64,000 nucleotides of DNA, from contig CAZVHJ010000018.1 in the NCBI GenBank assembly GCA_964627715.1, positions 6,955 to 70,954 of the forward strand, given 5' to 3'. How positions within the stretch are numbered: the first letter of the stretch is position 1; the number at the start of each line of letters is the position of its first letter. This DNA comes from an uncultured Spirochaetaceae bacterium. GTDB taxonomy: Bacteria > Spirochaetota > Spirochaetia > SZUA-6 > DRHE01. A program made the position numbers and the translations under genes. Of the stretch, positions 36,266 through 46,148 are shown piece by piece. The notes under the pieces were generated by a model. It saw nothing but the letters and a program-made list of their open reading frames with translations, had not been told where the DNA came from and searched no databases.

Positions 36266-37252
36266 TCAGGGAGTTTCCCACCGACCCGAGGTTTCGGAGC
36301 GAAATAGTGCGTCGAGCACCTTCTGATTGGCCACCGCATCCTCTCCAGGAGTCGGAACCGGAAGATCCTTTCGCAGGGCAACAGAAAACGCCTCGACCTC
36401 CAGACCGTACTGGTCCGCCGCCGACAATTCCGGCCTTCTCTCGCCGACCGGGGTGCTCACCGTCAGAACCGGCGGTACATCCGGATACATGTTGAAGGGG
36501 ATTTTAATGTGTATCCTGCCGGCGGCGCCGTGGATGTCTACCGCCTGGGCACAAAAGCCCTGCGTGCCGACCGTAAATACAGATCGCCCGTGTCCGAAAT
36601 CGAGGATCGCCGAGGTCAATATGTCGGTCTTGAAATCCGGATCCCGGGTGAACTGACCGATGACCCTCTCAGGTTCCCGGTCGAATATGAACCGGGGAAC
36701 TGAAACCGCGTAGCAACCGATATCCATCAGGCCTCCGCCTCCCATATCCAGCTTGTTCCTGATATTCTCGGGATCCTTCAGATCGTAGGCGTAGTAGGTA
36801 TGCACGGCCAATACCTCGCCGATTTCTCCCAATTGCACCAGTTCTTTCGTCCGCCGCCATTGGGGATGAAATCGATACATGAACGCTTCCATTAGACGCA
36901 CCCCGGCTTTGGCGGCGTACCCGACGCAGGCGGCGGCTTCAGCGGCGTTGAGAGCGAGAGGCTTTTCACAGAGAATATGTTTTCCCGCGTCCGCGGCCTT
37001 GCGGATCCATTCCGCATGGAGGTGGTTTGGGAGGGGAATGTAGACCGCTTCGATATCCTGGTCGGCGAGCAGCTTGTCGTAAGACCCGTATGATTTGGGA
37101 ATCCCAAATGTGGCTGCCACGACTCGCGCCTTCTCCTCACTCCTGGAGGCGATGGCTACGACCCGCAGCAGATCCGATTTCGACAAGGGCGGCAGAACCT
37201 TCTTCGTGAAGATATTGGCAACACCGAGCACACCCCAACGTACAGCTTCCAT
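36266..37252 (-). CDS. Gfo/Idh/MocA-family NAD(P)-dependent oxidoreductase
   Basis: VRWGVLGVANI Rossmann N-terminus and the EKPLA motif. GGAGAGGA RBS 5 nt before the ATG at 37252. Confidence 0.8.
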   Translation of the reverse strand: MEAVRWGVLGVANIFTKKVLPPLSKSDLLRVVAIASRSEEKARVVAATFGIPKSYGSYDKLLADQDIEAVYIPLPNHLHAEWIRKAADAGKHILCEKPLALNAAEAAACVGYAAKAGVRLMEAFMYRFHPQWRRTKELVQLGEIGEVLAVHTYYAYDLKDPENIRNKLDMGGGGLMDIGCYAVSVPRFIFDREPERVIGQFTRDPDFKTDILTSAILDFGHGRSVFTVGTQGFCAQAVDIHGAAGRIHIKIPFNMYPDVPPVLTVSTPVGERRPELSAADQYGLEVEAFSVALRKDLPVPTPGEDAVANQKVLDALFRSETSGRWETP

Positions 37253-37455
37253 GTTTATCCTCTCCAAGTAAGATTTTTTTCAAGTATAGGAACTGCGGAC
37301 CGAAGACACAAGAGCGAAGAGAAGGGCAACGCGATGAAACGTTGACGAATCGCAGAATTCCGACCGAGGCCTGGAGAATTTGACTCAGGCTCTTCAATTT
37401 TCTTATTTTATATTTGATATTCGTCCTTCCATCCGCGCCATCACAGGAGACAGTT

Positions 37456-40035
37456 ATGAGATTTGACAAGTTTACCATCAAAGCCCAGGAAGCAGTCCAA
37501 GCTGCGGAATCTTCGGCCCACAGGTACAATCATTCCAGCCTGGATACCGATCATCTGCTCCTGGCACTTATGGAACAGAGGGACGGCGTGATTCCTCCGC
37601 TGTTCACCGCACTGGGCGTACAGAGCGCCGGGCTTCGCTCGGATTTGGAGAACCAGCTGGCCAAGAAGCCGAAAGTCTACGGGGACAGCTCGCAGACCCA
37701 CCTGTCCCCCCAGGCGAACAAGGTGCTCCACAACGCTGAGATGGAGGCAAGCAACCTCAAGGACGAGTACATCTCCACGGAACATCTACTATTGGCCCTG
37801 CTCGACATTCAAAGCGACACCCGGGAGCTTCTGAGAGGCCACGGAGTGCAGAAGTCCGCTGTGCTTGACGCTTTGCGGCGGATCCGGGGAAGTCAGCGGG
37901 TCACCGACCAGTCTCCGGAGGATAAATATCAGGTTCTAGACCGATACTGCAGGGATTTGACCGATCTGGCCAGGAAAGAGAAGATCGATCCGGTGATCGG
38001 GAGGGACGAGGAAATCCGCCGGATCATGCAGGTGCTCTCCCGCCGCACCAAGAACAATCCCGTCTTGATCGGGGAACCCGGAGTCGGTAAAACCGCAATC
38101 GTCGAAGGGCTGGCCCGCAGAATCGTTTCCGGGGATGTTCCCGACTCCTTGAAGAACAAGCGGGTGCTGGCTCTGGACCTGGGTGCCCTGCTGGCGGGAG
38201 CCAAGTTTCGGGGAGAGTTCGAGGAGCGCCTCAAGGCGGTGATCAAAGAAATCGTAGAGGCTGAAGGGAATATATTTTTGTTCATCGATGAGCTTCATAC
38301 CCTGGTGGGCGCAGGAGCTGCGGAGGGCGCCGTGGACGCCTCGAATCTGCTCAAACCAGCCTTGGCCAGGGGAGAGCTGCGGGCGATCGGTGCTACCACC
38401 CTTGATGAGTACCGCAAACACATCGAGAAAGACGCCGCTCTGGAGCGTCGTTTTCAGCCGATCTATACTTCGGAGCCCAGTGTGGAGGACACGATCGCTA
38501 TCTTGCGCGGACTGAAAGAGCGCTACGAGGTGCACCACGGGGTTCGGATCAAGGACGAAGCGATCATCGCCGCAGCAATTCTTTCCGATCGCTACATCAC
38601 CAGCCGCTTTCTGCCCGACAAGGCCATCGATCTGGTCGACGAAGCGGCCAGCTGTCTCAAGATGGAGATCGAGAGCCAGCCCACCGAACTGGATCAGATC
38701 GAGAGGCGGATTCTGCAGCTGAACATCGAGAAACAGGCCCTGGCCAAGGAAACCGACGCCGCTTCCAAGGAGAAGAGCCAGGAGATCGACAAGGAGCTTT
38801 CGGAGCTCAAAGGCAAGCGGGATGCCATGCAGCTGCAGTGGCAGAACGAAAAGAAGATCATCGAAGAGATCAGAGTCTTGAAACAGAGGCTGGAGGAGCT
38901 CAACATCGAGGAAACCCGCTACGAGCGGGAAGGAAACCTGAACAAGGCGGCGGAGGTGAAGCACGGCCTGGTACCTGAAACCGAAAGAAAATTGGCCGAA
39001 AAAACAAAAGAACTGGAGAGCTCTCAGGGTGAGTCCAGGCTGCTGCGGGAAGAGGTTTCCGAAGAAGACATCGCCCGCATTGTCAGCCATTGGACGGGCA
39101 TTCCCGTCTCCAAGATGCTCAGCTCCGAGAAAGTCAAGCTTCTCAAGCTCGAGGAGATCCTCTCCCGCCGGGTGGTGGGCCAGGAACCGGCGATTCGGGC
39201 CGTGTCCGACGCCATCCGTCGCAACAAATCGGGACTCTCTGATATCAACCGCCCTCTGGGTACTTTCATCTTCATCGGTCCGACCGGGGTCGGGAAAACC
39301 GAGCTGGCCAAGACTCTGGCGGAGTTTCTCTTCAACGACGAGAAAGCCCTGACCCGGATCGACATGAGCGAATACATGGAGAAGTTCGCCGTAAGCCGCC
39401 TGATCGGGGCTCCCCCCGGCTATGTTGGCTACGAGGAGGGAGGTCAGCTGACCGAGGCGGTGCGCCGTCGCCCCTACTCGGTGATCCTCTTCGACGAGAT
39501 CGAAAAGGCCCATCCGGATGTATTCAACGTCCTGCTTCAGCTACTGGATGAAGGCCGGCTGACCGACAGTCAGGGACATATCGTAGATTTCAAGAACGCG
39601 ATCATCATAATGACCTCCAACCTGGGAAGCCAGCTGATCCAGCAGGCCGAGAATATCGGCGACATCAAGGATCAGATCATGGAACTGCTCAAGGCAACTT
39701 TCAAGCCGGAGTTCCTAAACCGGGTGGACGAGATCATCACCTTCGACCGGCTGGGCAAAGAGGAAATTTTGAAGATCGTAGATATTCAGCTCAAGGTGCT
39801 GGCCAAACGACTCGAGGAACAGAATATCACGATCACGGTCAGCGACAAAGCAAAGGCGCACCTGGCGGAGGTTGGATTCGATCCGCTGTACGGGGCGCGG
39901 CCGCTCAAGCGCACGTTGCAGAACCTGGTTCAGAATCCATTGGCCAAGAACATCATCGCCGGTGAGGTTCGAGGGGGCAGCAAAATCGTCGTCGATGCGG
40001 GTAAAGATGGTCTGGTATTCCGCAAACAAAACTAA
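37456..40035 (+). CDS. clpB: ATP-dependent chaperone/disaggregase ClpB
   Basis: Clp-N repeats, two AAA+ modules ([18 protein letters not shown]) and a long middle coiled coil. The ATG at 37456 follows CAGGAGA. Confidence 0.95.
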   Translation: MRFDKFTIKAQEAVQAAESSAHRYNHSSLDTDHLLLALMEQRDGVIPPLFTALGVQSAGLRSDLENQLAKKPKVYGDSSQTHLSPQANKVLHNAEMEASNLKDEYISTEHLLLALLDIQSDTRELLRGHGVQKSAVLDALRRIRGSQRVTDQSPEDKYQVLDRYCRDLTDLARKEKIDPVIGRDEEIRRIMQVLSRRTKNNPVLIGEPGVGKTAIVEGLARRIVSGDVPDSLKNKRVLALDLGALLAGAKFRGEFEERLKAVIKEIVEAEGNIFLFIDELHTLVGAGAAEGAVDASNLLKPALARGELRAIGATTLDEYRKHIEKDAALERRFQPIYTSEPSVEDTIAILRGLKERYEVHHGVRIKDEAIIAAAILSDRYITSRFLPDKAIDLVDEAASCLKMEIESQPTELDQIERRILQLNIEKQALAKETDAASKEKSQEIDKELSELKGKRDAMQLQWQNEKKIIEEIRVLKQRLEELNIEETRYEREGNLNKAAEVKHGLVPETERKLAEKTKELESSQGESRLLREEVSEEDIARIVSHWTGIPVSKMLSSEKVKLLKLEEILSRRVVGQEPAIRAVSDAIRRNKSGLSDINRPLGTFIFIGPTGVGKTELAKTLAEFLFNDEKALTRIDMSEYMEKFAVSRLIGAPPGYVGYEEGGQLTEAVRRRPYSVILFDEIEKAHPDVFNVLLQLLDEGRLTDSQGHIVDFKNAIIIMTSNLGSQLIQQAENIGDIKDQIMELLKATFKPEFLNRVDEIITFDRLGKEEILKIVDIQLKVLAKRLEEQNITITVSDKAKAHLAEVGFDPLYGARPLKRTLQNLVQNPLAKNIIAGEVRGGSKIVVDAGKDGLVFRKQN

Positions 40036-40086
40036 CAGCTCTCTGTTCATCTTCCAGCAAACTACTCCCCGCTGTATACTGGTGGC

Positions 40087-40509
40087 ATGATCTGGGCTTA
40101 CCGCCAGGAAGAACCGCAGCAGGACAGCAACGCCTGGTTGGAAGAAATCCTTCGCAGTCAACAGGTGGAAGAAGAGAAAAAGGACGAGAACCTCTACTGC
40201 TTCATCTGCGGCGAGATCATTACCCAGACTCACAACTGCATCCCCGTGGAAGGCGCCCACAGACACACCTTCACCAATCCGGGAGGATACGTTTTCGAAA
40301 TCGGCTGTTTTCGGGAGGCCCAGGGCTGCGAACAGACAGGAGAGTTCACTGATTTCTACTCCTGGTTCAACGGCTACGCCTGGCGCTACGCCGTGTGCCG
40401 CAGCTGTCGTGTTCATCTTGGCTGGATCTATCGGGGACCAGATACTTTTTTCGGCCTGGTACTGGACCGCCTTCTATCTTCCAAGGAGTCCTTTCCCTCC
40501 GAGTCCTGA
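40087..40509 (+). CDS. Single-domain cereblon-like (CULT/thalidomide-binding-domain) protein
   Basis: CFICGE...CRSC Zn site plus the aromatic-cage pattern SWFNGYAWRYAVCRSCRVHLGWIY. Compare human CRBN, recalled as FSWFPGYAW...C..C...IGWKF. Confidence 0.7.
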   Translation: MIWAYRQEEPQQDSNAWLEEILRSQQVEEEKKDENLYCFICGEIITQTHNCIPVEGAHRHTFTNPGGYVFEIGCFREAQGCEQTGEFTDFYSWFNGYAWRYAVCRSCRVHLGWIYRGPDTFFGLVLDRLLSSKESFPSES

Positions 40510-40517
40510 GTGCTGCT

Positions 40518-41221
40518 TCAGGAAGGGAGATTTCTGCGACGTTCCTCTTCCCTTCGTTTCCGCCTGTCCAACGCCTTTTTCTGAATGAACAGCGACCAGA
40601 GTATGAAGAAGACCGTGAGGACCACGAACACGAGGGAGATCGGTCGGGTGAAAATGGGGAGCACCGACCCGTCGCTCAGGATCAGCGCTTGTATAAGAGA
40701 GGTCTCCAGCAGACCGCCCAGGATATAGCCCATTATCAGCGGAGCCACGGGAAAATTGAACTTCTTCATGATGTAGCCTAAAACCCCGAAGAAGATCATC
40801 ACGTACACGTCGAAGAGATTGCTGTTCACGGTGTAGGAGCCGGCGGCACAGATGATGATCACGACGGGGAAAAGAACTGCCCGGCTGACGGACAACAGCT
40901 TGGTGAACAGGTGTAGACCCATAAATGCGATAAAGAAGTGCAGGATATTGGCCACGATCAAGCCGATGAACACGGCGTAGATGATATCCCCGGATTTATT
41001 GATCCACCGTAGGTTCCCCCTTTGTAAACCCCCAAGAGCAGACTAATTCCGGCAACCGGGGACATGTAGAAGGTGATCGGCAGCAGCAGAGCTACGGTCA
41101 TGGGCACGTTGAGACCCGGAATCGCGCCTATGGTTATCCCGATAAACAGTCCCGCCGCCACGACGAGCAAATTTTGAAAAGTGAAAAACAGCTGCGCCGC
41201 CGGAAGCAGGTGCTCAAACAT
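40518..41221 (-). pseudogene. tctA: tctA (tripartite tricarboxylate transporter large permease) with internal deletion/frameshift
   Basis: An 87-aa N-terminal piece (GAIPGLNVPMTVALLLP...YKGGTYGGSI) and a 151-aa C-terminal piece (SYTVNSNLFDVYVMIFFGVLGYIMKKFNFPVAPLIMG) lie in different frames and overlap at 40958-40973. About half of a roughly 500-aa TctA is absent. Confidence 0.7.
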
Positions 41222-41309
41222 GACAGATCCTTTTTATAAAGAATTTCACAAACAAGATCTTCGGCGCATGATTAGCCCCAAACTCAAGCCCGATGCAGCG
41301 CTCCATCCC

Positions 41310-41723
41310 TCAGTAAAGGATCCCGTGAGGTAGAGGGATCCGAAACAGGAGCTCGAAGAACAGCCAGATCACGACCGGCACGGCGACCATGCTGATCGCG
41401 ATCTTGAGGATACTGCGGGAGCCGAACAGGTAGGCGCAGATCCCGACGAAGACCCCACTGGTTACGACAAAACCGAGACGGGGAAAGACAACGGTGTAGA
41501 GGATCAGCAAAACCACGGACAGTCCGACCCGAAACACAACAACCCGGGACAGATCCGGGGGCGCATCGCGCCTGGAGCTGAAAAATCCCTGCACCATCAA
41601 CACCGCACCCATGATCATGATCAAGATCGCCAGCACGGCGGGAAGAACTAGACTAAGGCTTCGTAGCGGCCGGCAGAGTGGAAGATACCTCCACCACTGG
41701 TGTAGAAGCTCTCGTCGAGCCAA
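41310..41723 (-). CDS. tctB: TctB-like small transporter subunit
   Basis: Small hydrophobic protein upstream of tctA. The annotated start overlaps the upstream gene by 76 nt, so the true start or integrity is uncertain. Confidence 0.5.
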   Translation of the reverse strand: MARRELLHQWWRYLPLCRPLRSLSLVLPAVLAILIMIMGAVLMVQGFFSSRRDAPPDLSRVVVFRVGLSVVLLILYTVVFPRLGFVVTSGVFVGICAYLFGSRSILKIAISMVAVPVVIWLFFELLFRIPLPHGILY

Positions 41724-42940
41724 TACATCCCCCCTTTAGGTTCGAGCCAGGAGGCTCCGGCACAGGGGTGATCATGGATCAGGGTTTCCCAGTTTTTGTA
41801 GTTCTGCGCTCCATTGGATTCCAAAATACCGGAGGCAAGTCCGGGGAAAGGGGGTAGATGGGCGGCCACATTTCTGTTCCAGTCCAGCAGCATGGGCACA
41901 CAGGCGGAGTCGGCTACGAAGCTCGGCACTCCCTGTTTGTGGGCCTCTGCTGCCATGAGGATCGACATGCTCAGAGTCTTGCCCGCCGGCTTCAGGGCGA
42001 CCGCCCTATAGCCCAACGCGATCTTCCGGCGCATATCCTCGATGCCGTGGAGGGACTCATCCGCGGCAACCCGGACCGGGAGATCGTGCGCATCGAACTC
42101 ACGGTCATCGGGGAAGGGTTCCTCCAGGAGAACGACCTGATCCAGGGCGCCCATCTTCTCCAGCCCCGATAACAAAGCAAGAAGGGTCTCTTTGTCCTCA
42201 TAGCGCCCGTTGGCATCGAGGTAGTAGGCCAAACGGCCGCTGTCGGTCTGCTCCGTTCGTTTGTCCCGAAGCAGCTTGTGGAGCTGCTCGAGCCGGTCCA
42301 GGTCCTTCTCCAGCATCTGCCGCTGGCTACCCGCCTGACCGATCTTGATCTTCAGCAAGAAGTGTCCCTCCTCGACCAGATCGAGCAGCTCCCCGGAAGG
42401 CAGATTGTAGGTAATCAGGGGAATGCGGGCTACCGCCCTCTGCCTCGCAGGAAATGCGCTGCGAAGCTCTAGTGGGATCAGCTCGGAAAATACTTTGATT
42501 CCCTCAGTCACAGCGCGCAGTTTCCAAAGCGCAAAATCCAGGGAAACTGCGGAATTGAGGGTGAAAGTCAGCCGTAGATCAGCCCGGCAGGTTACCGCCT
42601 GGCCGAACTCGTGTAGCTGGGGAATAAGCTCCTGAACCGCCGCAATGGGATCGGGAAATACTTTTCCTCTGATAAGCTGAACGGCCCGTTCTGCCATGAG
42701 AGCCATGACCAGATTGCCCCCGGTTTCGGAATACGAGGAAAACACAGCAGGATCAGACCAGAGAACCGCGTTACCGCCGATGGCGGTTTGCCGTTTTTCG
42801 CAGGTATCGCCGCTGCCCTCAGCCGGATACAGTGAAGTGATGTTCAACCATTTTTCGTTGAAGGAATCGCCTTTGAAGTGAAAAGGCCTCAAGAATGGCT
42901 CCCGCTGGATCGCAAAACCGTAGCTCTGGAAACGAATCAT
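41648..42940 (-). CDS. Enolase-superfamily enzyme (MLE-subgroup-like racemase/cycloisomerase)
   Basis: LLKIKIG (KxK), YLDANG, LLEEPFP and VAADES metal ligands plus ALKPAGK (second Lys). The ATG at 42940 lies 9 nt downstream of the upstream stop. Confidence 0.7.
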   Translation of the reverse strand: MIRFQSYGFAIQREPFLRPFHFKGDSFNEKWLNITSLYPAEGSGDTCEKRQTAIGGNAVLWSDPAVFSSYSETGGNLVMALMAERAVQLIRGKVFPDPIAAVQELIPQLHEFGQAVTCRADLRLTFTLNSAVSLDFALWKLRAVTEGIKVFSELIPLELRSAFPARQRAVARIPLITYNLPSGELLDLVEEGHFLLKIKIGQAGSQRQMLEKDLDRLEQLHKLLRDKRTEQTDSGRLAYYLDANGRYEDKETLLALLSGLEKMGALDQVVLLEEPFPDDREFDAHDLPVRVAADESLHGIEDMRRKIALGYRAVALKPAGKTLSMSILMAAEAHKQGVPSFVADSACVPMLLDWNRNVAAHLPPFPGLASGILESNGAQNYKNWETLIHDHPCAGASWLEPKGGMYWLDESFYTSGGGIFHSAGRYEALV

Positions 42941-42951
42941 TTCATTTTCTT

Positions 42952-44454
42952 TCAGCCGACCCAAATCGGGCTGGACCAGGCCCACTGGTTGTTGTGCTGG
43001 CGGGCACGGATAAAGTACATATCACCGCCCTCCTGTTTATCCCGGCCTCTGTCCTGCCAGTGGATTTTGGAAGTGTATTCTTCGCCTGAAACCAGACGAT
43101 GAAGCACAAAGCTCTCCGTTGTAAATACTCCTGTAAACTCTACCGCGTTCTCCAGAATCAGATCGGCTACGGGAACCACGAAACGCTTCTTGGCAGGTTG
43201 GGAAAACTCCAGGATGAGTTTAGCCGACGTATCCGCCTCCAGTTCGAGAACCAAGGATTTGGTCGGATCCTCCAAATAGGCCTGCTTGCGGGAAGTGAAG
43301 GATTTCAGGTGCAGATCCATGTCCGAAAGCCGAGCCAGCTGGTCACGAAGATCTTCATCGAAAGGTCCGGATTGGAAGTGCTTTTCCACTCCGACAAACT
43401 TGCCTCCTTCGATACCGATCCTGACATCCCACTGGCAGATTCTCTCCATGGCCAAAGCTGCCCAAGGTCCCCAACCATATTGAAAGCGGCACTTAGCCCG
43501 CCCCGGAAGCTTCAAGGGCGAACTGATCAGATCCCCAGGAAAGAAGCGTTGAATGGTCCTGCCGTTCCGCTCAAGTTCGATCATCTCCAGGGAATCGGCT
43601 CCCTCGACAGAAACCTCGACGCTCCGGTCCGGAGTGTAAGGCAGTTCCATTCCCATAGGTTGACCGTTCAGGGTAACGGCCAGTCCGATTCTGTCTCCCG
43701 TAACCGCTACGGTCCTGCGGGCACGAAGCGCTTCGTTCAGAGAAACGCGCTTTAGATCCTCCGCCCACACGCCGACCAAACCCTCTCCGTAGGCGCCGGG
43801 AAAGCCAAAATGATCGTCTGTGGAGGCCACAAAGCCGAAGCGCAATCCTCTGGCTAATTGATACTCGATCGTCTGGGACACCGAGCGGCCGCTGTTGGAA
43901 TGAAGAATCATCGGGTAAGGAGCTCGATCGGACATGGTACAGCCATGTTCGGAGAATACCTCCACAAGCGGGCTGACCCGAGGATCGAAGTGCTGCCAGT
44001 TGTATCCCCTCCACCCGAGCTTATAGCCCACATGATGGGGAATCGCCAGAGCGCCTTTGTTCCTGGCGAATTCGAGCAGCTTGTCTGCGGAATCGGGAAG
44101 AAACAGATCCGGTTGATCCTCCGGAAAAATCAGACAGTAGTCTCCAAAAGCACTGGAGTGCCACTCGTAACCGAGGAAGGCGACAAAACCGTCGCCGTTA
44201 GCTTCTCGAATCAGTTTTCGCGTCTTCGGCCAGTGCTTCGTATGAGCTTCGAAGCCCTTTACCCAGTGCATGTGCCGTTCTCCCGGCATGATCGGCATAT
44301 CGTGCCAGGAGGCATGTCCGGTAAAGGCAAAGAAATCCAGATGCTCCTGGGCAACCTCGATGGACCGTTCAAGGGAACCCTTAGCGTATCCCACGGCGTT
44401 GTGATTGTGAAGATCCCCCCAGAAGAGCTTGTACTTCTTGTTTAGCAGAAACAT
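42952..44454 (-). CDS. His-rich metallohydrolase-like protein (PHP/DUF3604-like N-domain + beta-rich C-domain)
   Basis: WGDLHNHN, FTGHASWH, GYEWHS, IPHHVG, FSEHG and STDDH motifs occur in the order expected for a PHP-type trinuclear site. The family name is from memory only. Confidence 0.5.
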   Translation of the reverse strand: MFLLNKKYKLFWGDLHNHNAVGYAKGSLERSIEVAQEHLDFFAFTGHASWHDMPIMPGERHMHWVKGFEAHTKHWPKTRKLIREANGDGFVAFLGYEWHSSAFGDYCLIFPEDQPDLFLPDSADKLLEFARNKGALAIPHHVGYKLGWRGYNWQHFDPRVSPLVEVFSEHGCTMSDRAPYPMILHSNSGRSVSQTIEYQLARGLRFGFVASTDDHFGFPGAYGEGLVGVWAEDLKRVSLNEALRARRTVAVTGDRIGLAVTLNGQPMGMELPYTPDRSVEVSVEGADSLEMIELERNGRTIQRFFPGDLISSPLKLPGRAKCRFQYGWGPWAALAMERICQWDVRIGIEGGKFVGVEKHFQSGPFDEDLRDQLARLSDMDLHLKSFTSRKQAYLEDPTKSLVLELEADTSAKLILEFSQPAKKRFVVPVADLILENAVEFTGVFTTESFVLHRLVSGEEYTSKIHWQDRGRDKQEGGDMYFIRARQHNNQWAWSSPIWVG

Positions 44455-44653
44455 CCGAGCTTACTCCTTCCCCTGTCCTTCCTCCCCCAAAATGGACGGT
44501 GCGGGTTGCAGTTATTTCGTTAAGGTACTGAATTTCACCGCCCTCGGAAAAGGTCTCCGGCTTCGATCCGACGGCGAAGGAAGTGAGTCCTGTTGCTGCT
44601 GATCCGTTGTTATGAAGAGGATATTCTTGATCTTGCTCATTGGTTATGCAACC

Positions 44654-45595
44654 TTAGGACTGGTGAACGAAAAGGATCTCCAAGACGGCGGGAATGAGGA
44701 CGGTGAATACCGGTATGGAGGAAAGCAACAGCAGGTTAAAGAAGTCGTTGGCACCCAGCATGCTCCAGCCTGCGATTATCGTGCTGCCCATCCCGATAAC
44801 CAGCAGCGTGGCAATCTTCGACAAACGCTGACGCAGGCGCATGAACAGTGCCGCGGACAGACTCAGGAGCAGGAGGGCCAGAACCATACTTCGATCCCAC
44901 TGATGCACCGTTAATCCCCGGGTAAAGAGGACCTGTCCTACACCGTCGATCGCGGCGATCCAAATGCCCAGCAATGGAAGAGGAAGGAGCATAAAGGAAA
45001 CCAGGAGCCAATCCCGCCTCAGGATCCGCAAAACCACAGCAAGCACGATCCAGAAGGCCACTCCGTACAAACCGAGAAACAGGAGAAGCCTGACATGTTC
45101 GGAAGACACACCGGAGCCGATCACCAACTTGTAGATGGAGAGATACACGAAATTGCGGGAAAGAAACACCACCGCCAGAACCGGTGCAAAGGCACACCCG
45201 ATCCAGGGATACAACCAATTCGGTTTGCCTTTCAGCCAACCAAGCAGGGTAACCATGAGCAGAACAGAGAAGGCTGTAACAAGAGCAGTAGGCTGAGACC
45301 ATAGATGGGTAGCAAATAAACCCGCGCCCAGAAGGGCGGGTTGAGCCGCGAGTAGAGCCTCCAGCCAGCTGCCTCGGCTGTGAGCTTCGTACAGTAGCTT
45401 GGCCACCTTGCGTGGTCTTCCAAAGGAACAGATCGCCTGCTTGGTTGCATCCGCTTCGGTGAAGCCCTCTATCTGCAGCTCCTCTACCTTGTCTTGGAAA
45501 TATGTCTCCAACTCCCCGATGACCTTATTTTCAGTGTTCGGATCGAGATGGAGATTAGATCTGATTTGATTTAGATACGCCTCGATCGCCTGCAT
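44654..45595 (-). CDS. PadR-associated membrane protein (permease-prefix/DUF1700-like N-terminus)
   Basis: Soluble N-terminus AYLNQIRSNL...ELETYFQDKVEELQIEGFTEADA...FGRP followed by 6 or more TM segments. Lies 23 nt downstream of padR. Confidence 0.6.
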   Translation of the reverse strand: MQAIEAYLNQIRSNLHLDPNTENKVIGELETYFQDKVEELQIEGFTEADATKQAICSFGRPRKVAKLLYEAHSRGSWLEALLAAQPALLGAGLFATHLWSQPTALVTAFSVLLMVTLLGWLKGKPNWLYPWIGCAFAPVLAVVFLSRNFVYLSIYKLVIGSGVSSEHVRLLLFLGLYGVAFWIVLAVVLRILRRDWLLVSFMLLPLPLLGIWIAAIDGVGQVLFTRGLTVHQWDRSMVLALLLLSLSAALFMRLRQRLSKIATLLVIGMGSTIIAGWSMLGANDFFNLLLLSSIPVFTVLIPAVLEILFVHQS

Positions 45596-45618
45596 CGGTG
45601 GCCCACTGCCTCAAGACA

Positions 45619-46002
45619 TCAAGCGTTTTCCGGTCTGAGGATCAGGTTCATGGCCTGGGAAAATTTGAACCACATGCTGATCCTGTTCAGCAAGACTTCT
45701 TCTCCTTTTGCGGTGATTCTGTAGTAGCGCCTCTGCTGCCCGTTGGGCTGAACCTGCCACTCTCCCTGGATCAGCCCGTCGCTTTCCAGCTTATGCAGGG
45801 CAGGGTATACGGTACCCTCTCGGAATTTAAAAAAACCCTCGCTTCTGTGCTGGATCTCCTTAATCAAACGGTAACCGTGAATGCGACCGGATTCGTTGAT
45901 CAGGTACAGCAGGAGAGAATCTGTATTGCCCCTCAGCAGCTCTCGATCGTACTCCAGGGCTTGTGTTTTCTGCCGCAGTTCTTTCCGTGGTCTGTGTTTC
46001 AT
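45619..46002 (-). CDS. PadR-family transcriptional regulator
   Basis: GYRLIKEIQ...REGTVYPALHKLESDGLI...RRYYRITAKG. GGAGGGAGAT RBS directly before the ATG at 46002. Confidence 0.85.
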   Translation of the reverse strand: MKHRPRKELRQKTQALEYDRELLRGNTDSLLLYLINESGRIHGYRLIKEIQHRSEGFFKFREGTVYPALHKLESDGLIQGEWQVQPNGQQRRYYRITAKGEEVLLNRISMWFKFSQAMNLILRPENA

Positions 46003-46148
46003 ATCTCCCTCCTCTTCCAATTGTACTATATATTCAAACATATTCCATAGCTACTGTATACACCGCTGTCTTGGAAATTCGCTCAGTCGCTCCCGCGCGG
46101 CAGTTTCAAAGGGTGAGCAAATCGGCTAAGCTGTCGTCGAGGGAGAAA

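Noticed and set aside
37936-39513. 525-aa ORF antisense to clpB. Similar long antisense ORFs occur at 48359-49801 (opposite nrdD), 52756-54192 and 53663-55105 (opposite fucI/URO-D P4), 61264-62442 (opposite P6/P7), 8534-9424 and 5807-6694 (opposite hdrL/metF).
   Set aside because: Each lies entirely inside a gene with strong motif-level identity on the other strand. Their translations are low-complexity (R/G/P/L-rich) with no motifs or RBS. This is the usual stop-codon-poor antisense frame of codon-biased genes.
44612-44914. 100-aa plus-strand ORF.
   Set aside because: It is antisense to the PadR-associated membrane protein and has no supporting signals.
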